60,143 nucleotides of DNA, taken from contig JAGBAS010000022.1 of NCBI GenBank assembly GCA_017938885.1, positions 1 to 60,143 on the forward strand, in the 5' to 3' direction. Within the stretch, counting starts at the first letter, position 1. Each line of letters opens with the position of its first letter. The position numbers and the translations under genes were made by a program. This document shows, one piece after another, positions 57,588-60,143 of the stretch. Source of the DNA: Clostridia bacterium. Its GTDB lineage: Bacteria; Bacillota; Clostridia; Oscillospirales; CAG-272. The notes beneath the pieces were generated by a model. That model was not told the origin of the DNA and did no database searches. It saw only the letters and a program-made list of their open reading frames with translations.

Positions 57588-57610
57588 CGGGGAGGGAACT
57601 ACCCTCCCCG
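57588..57610 (+). other. intercistronic hairpin without U-tract
   Basis: CGGGGAGGG (57588-57596) pairs with CCCTCCCCG (57602-57610), with a 5-nt loop. Confidence 0.4.
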
Positions 57611-57652
57611 AGAACCCTGAGCACCCAATCGATTACCGACAAGGAGACCGAA

Positions 57653-59539
57653 ATGATCTATACCTGCCCCAACTGCGGTGGCTACTTTGATGCAAAGCAA
57701 TTCAGGGCTACCGATGGTAAGCAAAATGCCGAAGCCAAATGTAAATACTGCGGCTCGACCTTCAATTTTAAATCCATCCATACGTCGCACGTCGTAAACG
57801 GATACAATTACCTGGCCGCCGGTGAGTACAGCGGTGCGTACCGCTCCTTCAGCTATGCGTTGGAGCTCACCAAGGACGAGAAAGGTGAGAGCATTCTGGA
57901 GCTTGCTTACGTGGACGCCTATCTCGGCCGTGCGCTGGCTCAGTTTGACGTACAGGTCGTATATGAGGAGGAGGTTGGCGGCGAGGAAGCACCGCCCGTC
58001 ATCATCTGTCATACAGCCCACAAGGAACGCTTCGAGGACTGCCCGGATTTTCAGAACGCCGTCTATCTGATTGGGAAGATCGCCAACAGCGGCCACAGAG
58101 CCCGTCAGGAAAAGCGTTTGCTGTATTATGCAGACTACATCGATGGTATCAAGGATATGTACGATAAGCTGGAGCGGGAGGGGAAGGAGTATCAGCTCTT
58201 CGTCGCCTATGAGGATCTGTCCAAGGATCGCGCCGAGGCTTATGTCGTCGCACAGAAGATCTGTAAGAGTATTCCGTCCAAGCATATCGACAGGATCTTT
58301 TGCCCCGATCCCGACGAGGCTGAGGTCAACATGATCCACTATGAAGCGAAGATCCTCTACGCTCTGAATCATTCCCAATGTATGCTGGCTCTCGTGGATC
58401 GGGACGTAGACAACCGTCTCATCGAAATGTACACGCAGTTCGACGAGATCCGTCGCCGTCCCGTCAATCGGCAAAAGGGCATGGGACTTGGCTTCGTGCG
58501 CTACAGCGGCCAATTCCAGCTCCATATCGGAGATCGAACCGTAACCGAGAATATTTTTTCGGATACCGATTCCAAGCGTATCAACAGCTTTGTACTGCGC
58601 GCTAACGGTATGACCGTTGACTTTGACTCTGACGAAGCTGAAGAAATCGACGGAGGAGGTCCCCCAAGTTTCATTATTGAGGATCTGATTGATGATTTAC
58701 CGGTGGGTACTGCTCCTCAATTTACCGATGAAAACCGCGTGATTTTCGGGAAATACCCCCAGAGCCGCGAGAACAGTCAGCTCGTCAAAAAGCATTTCTT
58801 CGATCGCTTCGGCCGCCCTTCCCCCGACGCTCCCGGCGAATGGTTGCCTTTATTCAAAGGGAAGAAGGATTCGATCCCCTATACCTGGTATGTGGAGGAC
58901 ACCGTAAACGATTCCCGTTACAGAGCCGTTTACTTCACCCGATACCGTGAGGTGTATGCCGTCAGCGAGAATTCTCCCAAGCCCGAGGTACAGCGCAAGA
59001 ACGATTACGTGCTCCGAGATATCCATGTCTTTAAGTACGAGCCTGTGATCTGGAACGTCATGAAGCGTTCTGAGGGTTATCCCGGAACCGCTAATCTGAT
59101 CGCCTCCATGGGCTTGGATGCCGTCTGCTTTAATCAAGCACCCTACGGCAATGAATTTGATTACGCGTCTCTCTCTCAATGGATGAACCGGGAAATGCTT
59201 GCCAATATGCTCAGCAGTGACGAGCTCAGCTGGCTCTATTCCCGCAACGGCCTGCATCTTCGCCTGTTGGATGCGGATATTGAGTTGGATTCTCCCGCCA
59301 TCCGAGAAAAAGTAAAGAACTACAATATCGGTGGCAGTGATTATTTCCGCTGTGTCGGCGGAAGCGTTCTTGAAAGGAACGTAAACGCTTACTGGGTCGA
59401 AAGTGACCGAGAAGTCCCGGCAGATCGAGCAGCCGTGATCTTTCCTTCGGTCGATGCGGAGGTTCGGGATATGCCCCTGGATTGTACCACCGTAGCCGTC
59501 GTTCCGACTCTGAAAATCCGTCTCCCCATCGAAGAATGA
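57653..59539 (+). CDS. cytoplasmic Zn-ribbon / TIR-like / DUF6273-like protein
   Basis: The ATG at 57653 is preceded by AAGGAG. The Zn ribbon reads CPNCGG...CKYCGS. The segment YQLFVAYEDLSKD...RIFCPD...HYEAKILYALNHSQCMLALV (~58185-58450) follows the TIR strand/helix pattern. The C-terminal FGKYPQ...VIWNV...SLSQWMN...YWVES...VVPTLKI (58738-59530) resembles DUF6273. Confidence 0.65.
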   Translation: MIYTCPNCGGYFDAKQFRATDGKQNAEAKCKYCGSTFNFKSIHTSHVVNGYNYLAAGEYSGAYRSFSYALELTKDEKGESILELAYVDAYLGRALAQFDVQVVYEEEVGGEEAPPVIICHTAHKERFEDCPDFQNAVYLIGKIANSGHRARQEKRLLYYADYIDGIKDMYDKLEREGKEYQLFVAYEDLSKDRAEAYVVAQKICKSIPSKHIDRIFCPDPDEAEVNMIHYEAKILYALNHSQCMLALVDRDVDNRLIEMYTQFDEIRRRPVNRQKGMGLGFVRYSGQFQLHIGDRTVTENIFSDTDSKRINSFVLRANGMTVDFDSDEAEEIDGGGPPSFIIEDLIDDLPVGTAPQFTDENRVIFGKYPQSRENSQLVKKHFFDRFGRPSPDAPGEWLPLFKGKKDSIPYTWYVEDTVNDSRYRAVYFTRYREVYAVSENSPKPEVQRKNDYVLRDIHVFKYEPVIWNVMKRSEGYPGTANLIASMGLDAVCFNQAPYGNEFDYASLSQWMNREMLANMLSSDELSWLYSRNGLHLRLLDADIELDSPAIREKVKNYNIGGSDYFRCVGGSVLERNVNAYWVESDREVPADRAAVIFPSVDAEVRDMPLDCTTVAVVPTLKIRLPIEE

Positions 59540-59546
59540 TTACCCC

Positions 59547-59583
59547 AAGACGCGCCTGCTGAGAAAGCCGGCGCGTCTTTTTT
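59547..59583 (+). terminator. intrinsic terminator ending the island
   Basis: Stem AAGACGCGCC (59547-59556) pairs with GGCGCGTCTT (59570-59579), followed by a T-run to 59583. Confidence 0.7.
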
Positions 59584-59645
59584 AATATGCTCCAAAGTGC
59601 ATAAAACTATTTACAAACCGTTTACTATATTTGCAGGTTTGCCCG

Positions 59646-59674
59646 TTGACAAATTGAGACAAATTGTATATAAT
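59646..59674 (+). promoter_or_regulatory. consensus sigma-A promoter for the last (partial) gene
   Basis: TTGACA (59646-59651), 17-nt spacer, TATAAT (59669-59674). Confidence 0.55.
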
Positions 59675-59743
59675 ATATTTATTATGTGATAATATGGGCA
59701 CTTATGTGCTATGACACATTGGATACGAGAAAAGAGGCATTTT

Positions 59744-60143
59744 ATGGGTAAAGGATTCAAAAAATTCAAGCGAAAGCTTCGAATCGGCGCGCTGATTCGC
59801 GCGGTGATCTTTGGCCTTTCGTTAGGGGGCATAACGACAGCAGTACAATTGCTCGCAGCAAAATTGACTGCTTCAGAAACCGACTTTGCAGCATATATCC
59901 TGTACGCTGCCATTGTGGCGTCAGCAGGGACACTCCTCATGCTGCTTATCCTCCTTCCGACCAATAAACGAATCGCAAAACGCGTAGATAATCAGCTGGC
60001 ACTTGGTGAAAAGACCCAGACCATGCTGCAATTTCGCAAGGATACCGACGATATGGCTGTGCTCCAAAGGGAGAACACTGACCGAATCCTTTCTGAAACT
60101 CCTAAGAAGAGAGTCAAGGGCGTATGCACATGGCTTTTCGCTC
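59744..60143 (+). CDS. hypothetical membrane protein, 3'-truncated by the window edge
   Basis: I translated this by hand from the ATG at 59744 (RBS AAAGAGG): MGKGFKKFKRKLRIGALIRAVIFGLSLGG.... The frame stays open to the window end and has two hydrophobic segments. It is absent from the ORF track because it has no stop. Confidence 0.5.
   Translation, partial: MGKGFKKFKRKLRIGALIRAVIFGLSLGGITTAVQLLAAKLTASETDFAAYILYAAIVASAGTLLMLLILLPTNKRIAKRVDNQLALGEKTQTMLQFRKDTDDMAVLQRENTDRILSETPKKRVKGVCTWLFA

Noticed and set aside
57569-57652. The upstream ATG at 57569 as the start of the last island gene. The same question applies to the long-ORF starts at 152, 7092, 13299, 15694, 17805, 17811, 19929, 26693, 30134, 31275 and 33311.
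   Set aside because: In each case an internal ATG or GTG carries a proper Shine-Dalgarno sequence. The extension also overlaps a neighbouring gene, promoter or hairpin, and it encodes an atypical Arg/Pro-rich peptide.
31176-59583. Calling the island a prophage, ICE or transposon.
   Set aside because: No integrase, transposase, relaxase, T4SS, capsid/terminase gene or flanking tRNA or direct repeat is visible in the window. GC looks only slightly lower than the flanks by eye, and this was not computed.
59611-59964. Minus-strand 117-aa ORF at the right edge of the window.
   Set aside because: It is antisense to a better-supported plus-strand gene starting at 59744, which has a promoter, an RBS and membrane-protein-like sequence.

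Overview
All calls below come from reading the translated ORFs and the DNA by eye; no database search was run. The window looks like a chromosomal segment of a Clostridia-class Firmicute. This is an inference from gene content (PlsY, membrane pyrophosphatase, flavodiiron-rubredoxin fusion, DegV), many near-consensus sigma-A promoters of the form TTGACA-17-TGnTATAAT, and roughly mid-50s %GC judged by eye. Positions 1-31,100 hold ordinary housekeeping and accessory genes. These are asnA, purC, a secreted metallophosphoesterase, an RR-HK-DedA operon, a DUF2079 membrane protein, a GH84/CBM32 lipoprotein, an Eis-like GNAT, tyrA, a cell-wall amidase, DegV, a lipid kinase, a URO-D family protein, pnuC, trxB, plsY, a flavodiiron fusion, hppA, a TrkH/TrkA pair, an aldo-keto reductase, and an ECF S-component with a small kinase. 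Positions 31,176-59,583 form a co-directional accessory island made of two transcription units. Unit (i) is a small SPFH/Zn-ribbon operon. Unit (ii) is a ~26-kb unit encoding an orphan protein, a 1303-aa SNF2-type ATPase, a translationally coupled 919-aa catalytically dead paralogue of that ATPase, and a 659-aa Cys-cluster protein. It continues with a 2732-aa polytopic-membrane giant (BspA-LRR, InlB B-repeat, ~24 MBG repeats), a 252-aa orphan, a 1716-aa N-in/C-out LRR giant, and a Zn-ribbon/TIR-like/DUF6273-like protein. I do not recognise this gene set as any named defence, secretion or mobile-element system, and it is my main candidate for an undescribed system. A secondary candidate is a strong promoter, an intrinsic terminator and a ~270-nt GC-rich hairpin-dense leader in front of pnuC. 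No rRNA, tRNA, CRISPR array, transposase or integrase was seen.
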